Source of the DNA: a virus
Direction: 5' to 3' (one strand)
IMG/VR virus record: IMGVR_UViG_3300028028_000001
Span: 32,001-96,000 of that record
DNA: 64,000 nt
Part shown: one piece after another, positions 52,078 through 61,142 of the stretch
Numbering within the stretch: position 1 is the first letter of the stretch
Layout of the letters: each line of letters opens with the position of its first letter
Notes under the pieces: model-generated
Database searches by the model: none
The model's input: the letters and a program-made list of their open reading frames with translations, nothing else
Told to the model about the DNA's origin: nothing
Program-made: the position numbers and the translations under genes

Positions 52078-53102
52078 CTTGCGTGCTCCCATTCAATCCA
52101 TTGTTTCAGCACGAGCCCGACAGCATGAGCGACGGGAGGCACTACGGCGTTCCCGAGCGCACAGATTTTCGCCGCGTGGACTCTGGCGGGGGTCCATCCG
52201 GACGGCTTGACGCTTCCGTCCATCCAATCGGGAATCCCATGAACGCCTCGCACCAGGGGATCGAAAGGCGATGCCCCGGACCACGGAGCCGCCTCATCTC
52301 CCGCCCGACACTCGCGGTCCCCTGCTCCGTCCCCGCTTTCCAGTCTGCCGACATGAGCGTCGGTAGCAGTTCGGATCGCGGAGTCGAGCCAATCCGCAAA
52401 GCGGGGAGCAGGCTCATGTGATGCAGATCCCCTCCCGCCCCGCATCGTTCCCCATCGCTCGCTCGAAGCGTCGGCAGCAGCCCGCGCTGCGCCTTCGTGG
52501 TTCGCCCTTCCTTGGGGCGTCGGGATCCGCCCATCTCCGATGCCGTCAGGGTCGGTAGCAGTTCCGTCCGCAGGTCGCGCCCACGTTGCGGCGCAGCGGG
52601 CCTGATTCCCCCGGTCCCCATCGCTGAGCACAGAGTCGGCAAGAGCGAGAACAAACCCTCTTGACCGCTCGTGTCTGGCTCCCACGTCACAGGCCCGCAC
52701 GCGCAGGACAGGACTGGTCCGATAGCCGAGATCTGCAAGTCCGCCCCGCACCACGGGCACCCACGTCTTCTTGGCATTCCAGACGTTCTCGACGACGACA
52801 GCGCGAGGTCTGGCTTCTCGGATGACTCGAAGCATCTCGAACCAGAGACCCGATCGGGCTCCGTCGAAGCCGGCTTTTCGGCCAGCGGTGGACAAGTCCT
52901 GGCAAGGGAATCCGCCGCAAATAACATCTGCTGAGACATCTCGAAGCTCCTTGATGTCCGGGTAAATCGGACAGTTCCAATGCGCTCGAAGGACCGAGCG
53001 ACAAAATGCATCGGCCTCGCATTGCCAGGCGACGGGGCCGAATCCCGCGAGTTCAAGGCCCATTTCGAGCCCGCCTATGCCGCTGAACAGGGAGCCGATC
53101 AT
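52074..53102 (-). CDS. DNA (cytosine-5)-methyltransferase
   Basis: 'FSGIGGLEMG' (motif I), 'GGFPCQDLS' (IV), 'VVVENV' (VI), 'ALGNAVVPPVA' (X). Confidence 0.9.
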   Translation of the reverse strand: MIGSLFSGIGGLEMGLELAGFGPVAWQCEADAFCRSVLRAHWNCPIYPDIKELRDVSADVICGGFPCQDLSTAGRKAGFDGARSGLWFEMLRVIREARPRAVVVENVWNAKKTWVPVVRGGLADLGYRTSPVLRVRACDVGARHERSRGFVLALADSVLSDGDRGNQARCAATWARPADGTATDPDGIGDGRIPTPQGRANHEGAARAAADASSERWGTMRGGRGSASHEPAPRFADWLDSAIRTATDAHVGRLESGDGAGDRECRAGDEAAPWSGASPFDPLVRGVHGIPDWMDGSVKPSGWTPARVHAAKICALGNAVVPPVAHAVGLVLKQWIEWEHAR

Positions 53103-53401
53103 CCCGTCATCCTCCCCAAAACCAAACCCGCCAGCACAAGAGCCTCACGCGAAACCTCGTCCAATCCGTCCCGACGTGCATAGACGGCCAAGTCAAGCGC
53201 CTCCTGGAGTCCGTCCTTGAGCCCGCGACCGTCGCCGTAGGGAAGCGGCTTACCGTGCTTCTCGATGCCCATGAGCCGGCGTTCGATGCAGACATCTCGA
53301 AGCAAACCTTGGGGCATTTCGTCGATGATGTCCTGCCAAACGTCGCCTTCCCCTTGGTTGGAGCCTACGGGGAGGGTGGTTACGAGGTCACGCACGTTCA
53401 T
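53099..53401 (-). CDS. Hypothetical protein, possibly a MazG-like NTP pyrophosphohydrolase fold
   Basis: 'GIEKHGKPLP...LQEALDLAVYARR' weakly resembles all-alpha NTP-PPase blocks. Confidence 0.35.
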   Translation of the reverse strand: MNVRDLVTTLPVGSNQGEGDVWQDIIDEMPQGLLRDVCIERRLMGIEKHGKPLPYGDGRGLKDGLQEALDLAVYARRDGLDEVSREALVLAGLVLGRMTG

Positions 53402-53969
53402 TGAACACCTCCGGACAAGCCTTGACCAGTTCAGCGCGAACGAGAACCATCAAGGCGCGCATCTGCGGGTGAGTCGCCGGGGCCTCGCGGAGGGACAGGA
53501 CATGGAGCCATTCCCGGAAGTTGCACGTCATCACGATCTCGGTCTTGAGACCGTTTGGCAGGAAGTACCGGGCTTGCTGGGGAGTCCTACCGCGCGCGAG
53601 GCACCTGGAATAGTGGCGTTCGATGGCTGCGAGGAGAATCCGATCGGCGTCATCAAGGTCGAAGTCCACGGGGGCGATAAAACGGATCGAGTCGCGGTAG
53701 TTGCAGTATCGCGTTGACTCCTGCGAGTAGGCCGCGATCCTGTGCCTCACCAGTTCATGCGTCACGCCCCGATCGGTAACGATCCGGATCGTGGCGCTTG
53801 CGTGCTCCAACACGGACAGGTGCCCGCGCCGCATGAGCATGGCGATGAAAGGGGCGGTTGACTCCGGGTTTCCGGTACTTTGGTAGCAGGTGCGCCCGGC
53901 GGACTCGATGAGCCGAGCCGATTCGGGAGTCACGGAAAGAAGTTCGGCAGACTGATTGACTACTTGCAT
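53388..53969 (-). CDS. thyX: Flavin-dependent thymidylate synthase ThyX
   Basis: ThyX signature 'LVRHRIAAYSQESTRY' and 'SVLEHASATIRI'. Confidence 0.9.
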   Translation of the reverse strand: MQVVNQSAELLSVTPESARLIESAGRTCYQSTGNPESTAPFIAMLMRRGHLSVLEHASATIRIVTDRGVTHELVRHRIAAYSQESTRYCNYRDSIRFIAPVDFDLDDADRILLAAIERHYSRCLARGRTPQQARYFLPNGLKTEIVMTCNFREWLHVLSLREAPATHPQMRALMVLVRAELVKACPEVFNERA

Positions 53970-54211
53970 GGGCGCTCCAGAAAAAACATAGCCGCGTCCT
54001 GGACATCGGGAGGCATGGCCTGGTTGATGAAGTACCGTGCGATGGTCTGCCCGTTCACCATCGGATCGGTGGAACGGACGGGCTTATGCGCGCGCACGGC
54101 GTCAATGATTTCGCGCCAGGGCCGCATCCACTCCGCGCACCCAAGGCAAAGACCGCCGGGGGAGGTCAGGCAGTCTGGGCAGAGTTGGCTTGGGGGTTGG
54201 AGTTCGGTCAT
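53960..54211 (-). CDS. Hypothetical Cys-containing protein
   Basis: ATG 54211 forms an ATGA overlap. 'CPDC...CLGC'. Confidence 0.5.
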   Translation of the reverse strand: MTELQPPSQLCPDCLTSPGGLCLGCAEWMRPWREIIDAVRAHKPVRSTDPMVNGQTIARYFINQAMPPDVQDAAMFFLERPCK

Positions 54212-54663
54212 GGGTTCACCGCGAGCCATTCAGAGACGAGGGCTTCGGGGTTGTCACGAAGGGCGAGCCAGTAACTGCGTTTCGCATCGGGCAAGAAATG
54301 TTCGATATCTTGCTCGTACCATCCCTCACCCATCCACTTTTCTTGCCCATCAGGAAAGCGCACATAGATAGCTGTGTTGCTAAAGTGATCCGGCCCTTTG
54401 TACCGGTGGCTCCATCGTTTGTCCCACTCCATCCCACTCCTCACCAGCCAATCGCGGGTCTCGGGGCGGGTTGGGTCGGAGAGGAGGCGGGTGGAGGCGT
54501 CTATCCAGTTTTTCCGAATATCCTCCTCTACATCTTCCCATTCCCGGGCGTACTTTCGAGCCACATCGCAAGTATCGATCAAAGCTTGAAAGAACTCGAC
54601 GGCTCGTCTTTCCGCCTCTTCGCGGACCTTGGGGTGATTCAGGAGTCGGGGGTCGGGGGTCAT
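54208..54663 (-). CDS. Hypothetical protein
   Basis: ATGA overlaps at both ends. Coding-like composition. Confidence 0.6.
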   Translation of the reverse strand: MTPDPRLLNHPKVREEAERRAVEFFQALIDTCDVARKYAREWEDVEEDIRKNWIDASTRLLSDPTRPETRDWLVRSGMEWDKRWSHRYKGPDHFSNTAIYVRFPDGQEKWMGEGWYEQDIEHFLPDAKRSYWLALRDNPEALVSEWLAVNP

Positions 54664-55130
54664 TTTCCAATCTCCTCATCCGGGTCCATGCCATGTTCTC
54701 GGCAAAGTTCTTGCGCCGTCGTCGAACCGGTTCCAAGGGCGTTCCGGACGTGCGCCCACCTTGGCCCCCTCTTTGTCTTTCGGCCGGCGTTATGGACCGC
54801 TCCCCATAGAAGTTTCCTATCCACTTCCTCGATCTTCCGGAGCCTCCTCACCTCCTCAATGAGCGCTCGGAGGTCTTCGGGGGCGTGGGCGATGAGCGAG
54901 GCGTTTGCATAGCTTTCCGATTTTGACCGGTCAACCGAACCGTTCGGAATGATCGCCCAATGTTGCGGCGGGTTCGGATCAAGTAGATAGGTTCCAAGGA
55001 TGCACTTGGTTGGTACTTCGGCGATTTCGTACCCGTCGGATCCGATAACCGAGTCGCATTCGCCGGTCCACGGCCCCCGAGTCGCGGCCTTGAGCCGGTC
55101 TTCGATGGCCTGGAGTTGTTCGGGGGTCAT
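54660..55130 (-). CDS. Ead/Ea22-like protein, paralog 1
   Basis: 'RLKAATRGPWTGE...GSDGYEIAEV...ANASLIAHAPEDLRALIEEVRRLRK'. Confidence 0.7.
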   Translation of the reverse strand: MTPEQLQAIEDRLKAATRGPWTGECDSVIGSDGYEIAEVPTKCILGTYLLDPNPPQHWAIIPNGSVDRSKSESYANASLIAHAPEDLRALIEEVRRLRKIEEVDRKLLWGAVHNAGRKTKRGPRWAHVRNALGTGSTTAQELCREHGMDPDEEIGK

Positions 55131-55483
55131 GGGTTCTTCTCCATCGCTAAAAGGGCGCAGTCGATGGGGTTACTTGAAAATGTGGTGTCCATCAACGACC
55201 GAGAACGTGCGTCTATAACGCATGTTGGCCCTATCATCCACCCCAACCCTTCCGACGCCGCTTTCATCCACGCGGCCGAATCACAAGGAGCCCAGGCCCA
55301 CCCGCCGTCGATGGCGTCAAGGGTGCATCGGTCGGTCGGGCGATTGAACGGACGATCGTCGCTCATCTCCATGGGTTCGCCGTGTATCATGGCAAACCAT
55401 CGGCCAGGGGCTTCCTGTTCCGCCAGTTTCTTGCGCCACTTCACAGGGAGCGCCAGGAGCCGCTTGATTTGTTCTGGGGTCAT
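55127..55483 (-). CDS. Hypothetical protein
   Basis: ATGA overlaps at both ends. Confidence 0.55.
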   Translation of the reverse strand: MTPEQIKRLLALPVKWRKKLAEQEAPGRWFAMIHGEPMEMSDDRPFNRPTDRCTLDAIDGGWAWAPCDSAAWMKAASEGLGWMIGPTCVIDARSRSLMDTTFSSNPIDCALLAMEKNP

Positions 55484-55719
55484 CTCTTCGCCTCCTCAAT
55501 AGCGGCCTTGAGGCTATCAAGGAGCGCTTCGGCAACCGGGATACTCATGCTGTAGCACATTCCATGATCGGCAAAGGCCGCATCAGACCACGGTGGATCA
55601 ATGCCCTTGACACGAATCCTGACATCTCGGACCTTGGAGCCATCATTGCGGACCCATTCCTCCGATTCCGCGCTTATCCAGGGTCGCGCCTTCCACTCGG
55701 CTTTTTCTTCGGGGGTCAT
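55480..55719 (-). CDS. Hypothetical protein (79 aa)
   Basis: Internal ATG 55719 lies 4 nt after the dnaN stop, with GGAG upstream. Confidence 0.5.
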   Translation of the reverse strand: MTPEEKAEWKARPWISAESEEWVRNDGSKVRDVRIRVKGIDPPWSDAAFADHGMCYSMSIPVAEALLDSLKAAIEEAKR

Positions 55720-55723
55720 CTCG

Positions 55724-56791
55724 TTACTCCAACCGAATCGGCATGACAACGAACAAAGCAGACTCGTCGCCAACCGGGTAAATCAGGCAAGGGGAAAGCG
55801 CCTCGTCGAGTCCAATCCGCACCTGCTCGGTCGCAATCACCGCGAGCGCTTCGATCAAATAGACCACGTTGAATCCCATGGTGATAGCCTCGCCAGTCAT
55901 ATCCACCGGGACGGGATGAGAGGCCTCGCCGTGTTCGATGGACCTGGCGCTGATGGTCAGTTCCTCGCGATCGAACACGATCCGGACCGTGGAGGCCTTG
56001 TCCTGCGCTTCCAGAGAGACCCGCTTGAGGGCTTCGACAAGTCGGATCCGGTCAACCAGGATCGTTCTCTTGGACGTGCCGGTCGGAAGAACGCGGCGGT
56101 AGGGAGGAAACTCGCCATCGATGAGATGGGCGTGAAGCGTGACGTTGGCGCTCCGGATGACGAGCGAGCGCGACAGGAAACCGAGGGTCAACGGCGCGGG
56201 CATCTTGCGGATCTCTTGGAGGGTTCGCCTGGAGATGAGCATTTTCCCGGGGACTTTGAGCGTCCCGGAGAACGGCCCTTCCGCGTACTGGAGGCGACTC
56301 CCGTCCGTGGAGACGAGCCGGAGCATGTCTTCGGAGTTCTCGAAGTGGGCGCCGTTCAGGCCATACCGGTTGTCTAAGGCGGGGATCCCGAACGCCACCT
56401 GTTCGATGAGCCGGTGAAGGTTGGCCGGGGTGAAGGTCTCGTGGGTTTCCAGGCTCGGCATTTCCTGCGCGTTGGCCGGATCTTCGCCGTGAATCTTGAA
56501 TGAAGCCGGGGCGCAGTCGATGGAGAGTTTGAACTTGTCATCCGTCGCGAGCGTGACCGTGCCTGTTGGCAGGGACTTGGCGATCTGGAAGAGATGGCGA
56601 CCGTCAACCAGGATCGCTGACGGGCTGGTGACGTCGGCGGGCACCAGGATCGAGAGCGTGTTTTCGTCGTCGGAGGCGATGAGTTCCAGACTGACGCCCG
56701 CGCGGAGTAGGGCATTGTTGGTTTTCCTGAGGCAACCCTGGATTGCTGATAGGGCGTCGAGTAGGGTTCTAGAGGGGATGGTTAGGTTCAT
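55724..56791 (-). CDS. dnaN: DNA polymerase III beta subunit (sliding clamp)
   Basis: 'STDGSRLQY', 'IDGEFPPYRRVLP', 'GFNVVYLIEAL', 'LFVVMPIRLE'. Start set to ATG 56791 (ATGA overlap). Confidence 0.9.
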   Translation of the reverse strand: MNLTIPSRTLLDALSAIQGCLRKTNNALLRAGVSLELIASDDENTLSILVPADVTSPSAILVDGRHLFQIAKSLPTGTVTLATDDKFKLSIDCAPASFKIHGEDPANAQEMPSLETHETFTPANLHRLIEQVAFGIPALDNRYGLNGAHFENSEDMLRLVSTDGSRLQYAEGPFSGTLKVPGKMLISRRTLQEIRKMPAPLTLGFLSRSLVIRSANVTLHAHLIDGEFPPYRRVLPTGTSKRTILVDRIRLVEALKRVSLEAQDKASTVRIVFDREELTISARSIEHGEASHPVPVDMTGEAITMGFNVVYLIEALAVIATEQVRIGLDEALSPCLIYPVGDESALFVVMPIRLE

Positions 56792-57507
56792 TTGGGGGCC
56801 TTTTCGGGGGTTGGGGGCACAAGACTGAGACGGGTGGCGTCGTCGTCCCAGAGCCGTCCGCTCATGGTGATTCGGTCTATCTGATCGTCCGAATCCCACT
56901 TCACGGATAGGTGCTTCCCGTCCATGATGACGGTCGCGGTGTCATCCGGTGCGCCCGTCCAGAATACGCGGTCGCCAGGGTGGAAACGGGCAAGTTGTAG
57001 GTTGGGAGTAGCGTTCTCGTTGGGTTCCTTTATTTGGGGGGGGCTTGCGCGGAGTTCTTCGATTTCCGCCTGCATCCTTGACATCGCCGCGGAGTGTTCG
57101 TGCTCCTCTTTGATGTTCTTGCGGTAGGACTCAAGCAGGCGATCTTCGAGGCGGGCGATCGTGGCCTGCATTGTCTTGACATATTCGACCCAGCCGACAT
57201 CTTCGGGGCAGTGGGCTGCCTCTTCATTCTCCAGTCGGGTGAGCTCTGCGACGGCGTTTCGAAGGTCGGCGTTGGCGATCCGAAGTTCTGCGGTCGTCTT
57301 GGCGTACTGGCTTTCCAGTTTGGAGACACCTTCCGCCAACCTTTCGGGCGGAATCTCGCCACCTGACAGGGCCTCGTTCACGTCGCGGATGATGGCCTCC
57401 ATCTCATCGAAAGCCCGCAACACGAGCCAAGGAAAGGACCGTTCGACCAGTTTATCCCCTGGCCACGTTCGGTTGATGAATTCTCGGAGTTGATCGGCGG
57501 TGGTCAT
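56788..57507 (-). CDS. Coiled-coil hypothetical protein
   Basis: Long heptad-like region. ATGA overlaps at both ends. Confidence 0.6.
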   Translation of the reverse strand: MTTADQLREFINRTWPGDKLVERSFPWLVLRAFDEMEAIIRDVNEALSGGEIPPERLAEGVSKLESQYAKTTAELRIANADLRNAVAELTRLENEEAAHCPEDVGWVEYVKTMQATIARLEDRLLESYRKNIKEEHEHSAAMSRMQAEIEELRASPPQIKEPNENATPNLQLARFHPGDRVFWTGAPDDTATVIMDGKHLSVKWDSDDQIDRITMSGRLWDDDATRLSLVPPTPEKAPK

Positions 57508-57719
57508 GCTCTTGCCGCTTTTCTGACTATGGTCAAGGAATGAGACCGGAACTTTTTGAGCGCCTCACACCAGCCAAGCGGAGAACATGTTCCGTCTTCA
57601 TGGCAGTGTTGGCAATGGATGGTGAACCCGCGACCACGGCGAACGATCATTGACACGATGAAACATCGGCCATCATCGTTGGATCTGTAGATGTCGCCGA
57701 CATGGACAGTTTCGGTCAT
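57504..57719 (-). CDS. Hypothetical protein
   Basis: ATGA overlaps at both ends. 'CQHCHEDGTC'. Confidence 0.5.
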   Translation of the reverse strand: MTETVHVGDIYRSNDDGRCFIVSMIVRRGRGFTIHCQHCHEDGTCSPLGWCEALKKFRSHSLTIVRKAARA

Positions 57720-57955
57720 TCCCCCTTCCTCCCAATCTCGATAATCCGAAGGGCAAGGGGGACAGAGATCATCTCGGTCCAGGTTTTGCCATCTTGACGC
57801 ACCGTAAAAATGAAGTCCGGATTGTAACCGAAGACCTTTACCGTCAAGTCATCGGTTGACATGACTCTTTCGAAGTCATGTGTAATAGTGGTCCATGCGT
57901 CAAGATATTCCTTGTCTCTTTTCGTTGTTGTTCCGTCGGGGAGTCTTCGGGTCAT
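57716..57955 (-). CDS. Hypothetical protein
   Basis: ATGA overlaps at both ends. Confidence 0.5.
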   Translation of the reverse strand: MTRRLPDGTTTKRDKEYLDAWTTITHDFERVMSTDDLTVKVFGYNPDFIFTVRQDGKTWTEMISVPLALRIIEIGRKGE

Positions 57956-58653
57956 TTGTATTTCTTCACTGCTTCCATAGCAAGAAGGGCGTATTCAAAC
58001 GGTCCGTATTTCTCGGGCTTGTAGTACCAACCATCGTCACGCCTGTATACCGTGTGGGCGCGGCCATCGGACCAAACCCAATCGGAATAGGTCCACCCCT
58101 CCAGCCCCTTCCTTCCGGTTTCTGCGTCAAGGATGGCCTGGAGGCGGGCGATTTTATCGAGGTCCTCCTGATTGGATATTCGGTACCCGGAAGGCCCTGC
58201 CGAGCACGGATATAGGGCGTTTACTGCCCTTCTCACCTCATACTCCTGTGCCATGGCGCGTTCATAATTCTGTGCAACCACCCTCAGTTCGACTGATTCT
58301 ATCCCGGTGACAAAAAGCTTGTGTTCATAAGCCCATCGGACGACACCTTCCCCGGAAATGTCAACGCGGGGATCCGATTTTCCCTCACAGTCGGCCGCAG
58401 TCGTGGAGTCGAGAGTCAATTCCTCGGAAATGGGGATATAACTATGGAGATTCAAGGCTTCGGTGACCATGGCGTATAGCGCAGGATCACGGGAGACAAT
58501 GCGCCGCATGTTGAGGCTCACTACCCAACTGACCGTTTTCGCCATGGCCATTATCGGAGGTAGCAGAATATTCAGTATCCGTTGGTTGTACGTACACTCT
58601 ACGTCATCCCGTTCGTTTTCGATCGCTCGAATGGTGTCAAGATCGAAGGTCAT
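57952..58653 (-). CDS. Hypothetical protein
   Basis: ATGA overlaps at both ends. 233 aa. Confidence 0.6.
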   Translation of the reverse strand: MTFDLDTIRAIENERDDVECTYNQRILNILLPPIMAMAKTVSWVVSLNMRRIVSRDPALYAMVTEALNLHSYIPISEELTLDSTTAADCEGKSDPRVDISGEGVVRWAYEHKLFVTGIESVELRVVAQNYERAMAQEYEVRRAVNALYPCSAGPSGYRISNQEDLDKIARLQAILDAETGRKGLEGWTYSDWVWSDGRAHTVYRRDDGWYYKPEKYGPFEYALLAMEAVKKYK

Positions 58654-59054
58654 TTTTCACTCTCCAGTTCATCCAATCTATCTCGAAGTTCTCGGAAGCA
58701 ATAGCAATCCAGCGTTGCATTATCGTTGTCCACAATCCATTGACGGGCAACCTCCTCAACTTTCCGAAGCCTCTTGATTTCCTCGATGCACGCCCGGAGG
58801 TCTTCGGGGGCGTGGGCGATGAGTTGTGTATTCGCATCGCTCTCCGATTCGGGCCTTTCAATCCAACCGTTTGGCGTGTTAGCCCAATGGTGCGGAGGGT
58901 TCGGATCGGATAGATAGGAACCGGAAATACACTTTCCTTCTATCACATCTGCGATTTCGTACCCGTCTGAGCCTATTACGTAGTCACGATCTCCAGCCCA
59001 CGGTCCCGGAGTAGCCTCTGCAAGCCGTTTTTCGATGGGTTCAAGGTCGAACAT
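58650..59054 (-). CDS. Ead/Ea22-like protein, paralog 2
   Basis: 'RLAEATPGPWAGD...GSDGYEIADV...ANTQLIAHAPEDLRACIEEIKRLRK'. Start moved to the internal ATG. Confidence 0.7.
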   Translation of the reverse strand: MFDLEPIEKRLAEATPGPWAGDRDYVIGSDGYEIADVIEGKCISGSYLSDPNPPHHWANTPNGWIERPESESDANTQLIAHAPEDLRACIEEIKRLRKVEEVARQWIVDNDNATLDCYCFRELRDRLDELESEK

Positions 59055-59065
59055 TGGGGCTCCTA

Positions 59066-59518
59066 TCAAAATGGCACGTCTTCCGTTTCGAACGGGCATG
59101 GATTGGCTTCGGCGTTCGAACGGATTGCGTAGCAGGATGGTGCGGTGCAATACCGAACATGCTCTGTGAAGGTATGGCCGTTGATGGTGGCCTCTGGTTC
59201 CTCTTTTTCGCCGAATATTGATCTTGTTTCGGCGTCCGTTGTGAGTCGTTCTACGGTCGCGATACTGTCCGCGTGTTTATTGCGCGATGAGCAGGGGTGA
59301 TCGACGGCGGCCTGCCGGCAAATGCAGCACCCTGGGTTGTCGCAGACCAGGTATCCCGATTTGAAGACGTGCCCGTTGAAGTGCCACTCTGGAGCGGCGG
59401 GCGCCACACTCATGGGCTCCAACACCCTTGCCGTCCAGAAGACCCGAGCCCCCTGAACACGATCCATGTCGATCCGCTCCCGCCGGCACCACTCAATAGC
59501 GGCATCTTCCATGGTCAT
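59066..59518 (-). CDS. Hypothetical Cys-rich protein ending in an SSB-like acidic tail
   Basis: C-terminus '...PFETEDVPF'; SSB ends '...DDDPVPF'. ATG 59518 forms an ATGA overlap with the upstream small ORF (the track start at 59527 is GTG). Confidence 0.55.
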   Translation of the reverse strand: MTMEDAAIEWCRRERIDMDRVQGARVFWTARVLEPMSVAPAAPEWHFNGHVFKSGYLVCDNPGCCICRQAAVDHPCSSRNKHADSIATVERLTTDAETRSIFGEKEEPEATINGHTFTEHVRYCTAPSCYAIRSNAEANPCPFETEDVPF

Positions 59519-59682
59519 CTCGTCCACCGAGAAGATGGAGCCGGGTCCGTAGTGGCTCGGAAGGGGCTTGACATGCCGTCCTTGAAGAACGGATGGACCT
59601 CTATGAGACCAGAAAACCGGGTAGACTGGCGGACCTCGCCGATTACCGTCGTGTGGCCCATTAGGGAGATTTTGGCGAACAT
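59515..59682 (-). CDS. Small hypothetical protein (55 aa); absent from the ORF track
   Basis: My translation: MFAKISLMGHTTVIGEVRQSTRFSGLIEVHPFFKDGMSSPFRATTDPAPSSRWTR. GGAG sits 6 nt upstream of the ATG. Confidence 0.4.
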   Translation of the reverse strand: MFAKISLMGHTTVIGEVRQSTRFSGLIEVHPFFKDGMSSPFRATTDPAPSSRWTR

Positions 59683-59694
59683 GGGAGACTCCTT

Positions 59695-60111
59695 TTAGAA
59701 TGGCACCGGATCGTCATCGGCAGGCGGCACATACGCTCCATCGTTGCCCGAAGACTGCGGCTGGTACTCGCCCCGTTCCTCTCGATTGGCGTTGGACCCG
59801 AGAAACCGGACGATCTCGGCGACGATCTCCGTCGTGTAGCGGTCGTTTCCGTCCTTGTCTTTCCACTTGGAGGTCTGGAGCCGGCCCTCGATGTAGACCT
59901 GCCGGCCCTTCTTGAGGTACTTGCCCGCGTTTTCGGCGGTCTTTCCGAAACAGGTCACCTTGTGCCACTCGGTATGATCCTGCCATTCCGAGCCCACTTT
60001 TCTCCGGTCGGTTGTGGCGACTCGGAGCGAGGCGACTTGCGAGCCGCTGTTGGTGTTGCGGACTTCTGGGTCGGCTCCGAGATTGCCGACGAGGATTACT
60101 TTGTTGATCAT
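59695..60111 (-). CDS. ssb: Single-stranded DNA-binding protein
   Basis: '[18 protein letters not shown]...[14 protein letters not shown]...[11 protein letters not shown]' with tail 'DDDPVPF'. ATGA overlap at 60111. Confidence 0.9.
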   Translation of the reverse strand: MINKVILVGNLGADPEVRNTNSGSQVASLRVATTDRRKVGSEWQDHTEWHKVTCFGKTAENAGKYLKKGRQVYIEGRLQTSKWKDKDGNDRYTTEIVAEIVRFLGSNANREERGEYQPQSSGNDGAYVPPADDDPVPF

Positions 60112-60353
60112 TTGGGGTCTCCGGGAAGGTCGCAGCGTTTGTGTTTGGGCCATGCGTCCATGCGATCGGCGTGCTCGCGGGCAAGTCGAGAGGCCTCCGG
60201 GGACCCGCCTTCTTGCTCGTTGACTTTCGCCCAAAGTCGCACAAGGGTTGCGGCCACGATGTCCTGACCACGAAGAAGGAACACGGGTTCATCTTCGGGG
60301 ATCAGGTTCTCGGGGTCCTGGATTCGGTTGTAGTCTTCTCTTGCGTGTTTCAC
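60108..60353 (-). CDS. Hypothetical protein (a conserved phage family, as I recall)
   Basis: '[26 protein letters not shown]' resembles a recurrent phage small-protein family of unknown function. Confidence 0.6.
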   Translation of the reverse strand: MKHAREDYNRIQDPENLIPEDEPVFLLRGQDIVAATLVRLWAKVNEQEGGSPEASRLAREHADRMDAWPKHKRCDLPGDPK

Positions 60354-60643
60354 TTGATTTCTCCATGTTTTGGGAATGTCCAGTACCGACGATCCGATCC
60401 GATCCCGAACAGCGCATAGAGCATCTCTCCGTCGTCAATGGTGTATCGACCCTTCCGGATCGCCTTGATGACGCCCTTTCGCGTCCAGCCAGAGCGGAGG
60501 AAAACCGGGGCGTAGGGGTAGGGAAGGCGCTTTCCTCTCGGGAATGGTCTGCTTTCTTGGATGGTGTCGGGAAAGGACTCGATCCTTTCTTTGCGCTTGT
60601 TTCGGCAGAGGATGCTGACGAGGTGGATCCGGACGGTCTGCAT
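60350..60643 (-). CDS. Hypothetical basic protein
   Basis: Internal ATG 60643 lies directly after the upstream stop. Confidence 0.5.
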   Translation of the reverse strand: MQTVRIHLVSILCRNKRKERIESFPDTIQESRPFPRGKRLPYPYAPVFLRSGWTRKGVIKAIRKGRYTIDDGEMLYALFGIGSDRRYWTFPKHGEIK

Positions 60644-60644
60644 A

Positions 60645-61142
60645 TCAACTTCCTTTCGTGGACATCGTAACACGTCGCCTCAAAAGTTCAAGCCAGCCGT
60701 CTTCCGAATCCATGCGAATTGTGGTCAGGGAAGGGCGAAACGTGGAGAGTGCCTGAACGTCTCGCCATGGCAGGATGTACCGATCCTCTCCGAGGAGTAC
60801 GGCCAGGATTCCGATCCCGCCTTGCTGGTCGTAGGAGTCGAGGAAGGCCCTCTGGTGAGGCTCGACAACGGACAGCGATAGAGTCTCTTCCTTTGTCGCC
60901 TTGCACTCCGCACCGATGGCCAGGCCTCGGGATAGGAGGATGAAGTCCGAGGGGCCTATCCCTTCCGTATGACACAGCCAAAGATTTCCAACCTGGCGGA
61001 TCTTCTTCATCTCTTCGGGCGTCCTGGCCACCACAAGGAGACCCGATTGAGCGAGCGCTCGGCATCGGGTCTCGAAGTCGTCTTGCCAGGCCTCGCCTAA
61101 CTTCTGGGCTTCGTAGCCGGCGATTTTCTGGAGAGGATTCAT
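60645..61142 (-). CDS. PD-(D/E)xK nuclease, Holliday-junction-resolvase-like (RecU/Hjc type)
   Basis: 'GPSDFILLSRG..AIGAECKAT' fits a D...E-x-K motif. ATGA overlap at 61142. Confidence 0.6.
   Translation of the reverse strand: MNPLQKIAGYEAQKLGEAWQDDFETRCRALAQSGLLVVARTPEEMKKIRQVGNLWLCHTEGIGPSDFILLSRGLAIGAECKATKEETLSLSVVEPHQRAFLDSYDQQGGIGILAVLLGEDRYILPWRDVQALSTFRPSLTTIRMDSEDGWLELLRRRVTMSTKGS

Noticed and set aside
52142-53056. 304-aa alternate-frame ORF within the C5-methyltransferase gene
   Set aside because: The 52074..53102 frame carries all the ordered C5-MTase motifs I looked for (I, IV, VI, X). The other frame has none.
55365-55388. Third partial copy of the 23-bp boundary repeat (CTCCATGGGTTCGCCGTG)
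   Set aside because: Only about 13 nt match, it lies inside a gene rather than at a junction, and it is plausibly chance similarity in GC-rich coding DNA.
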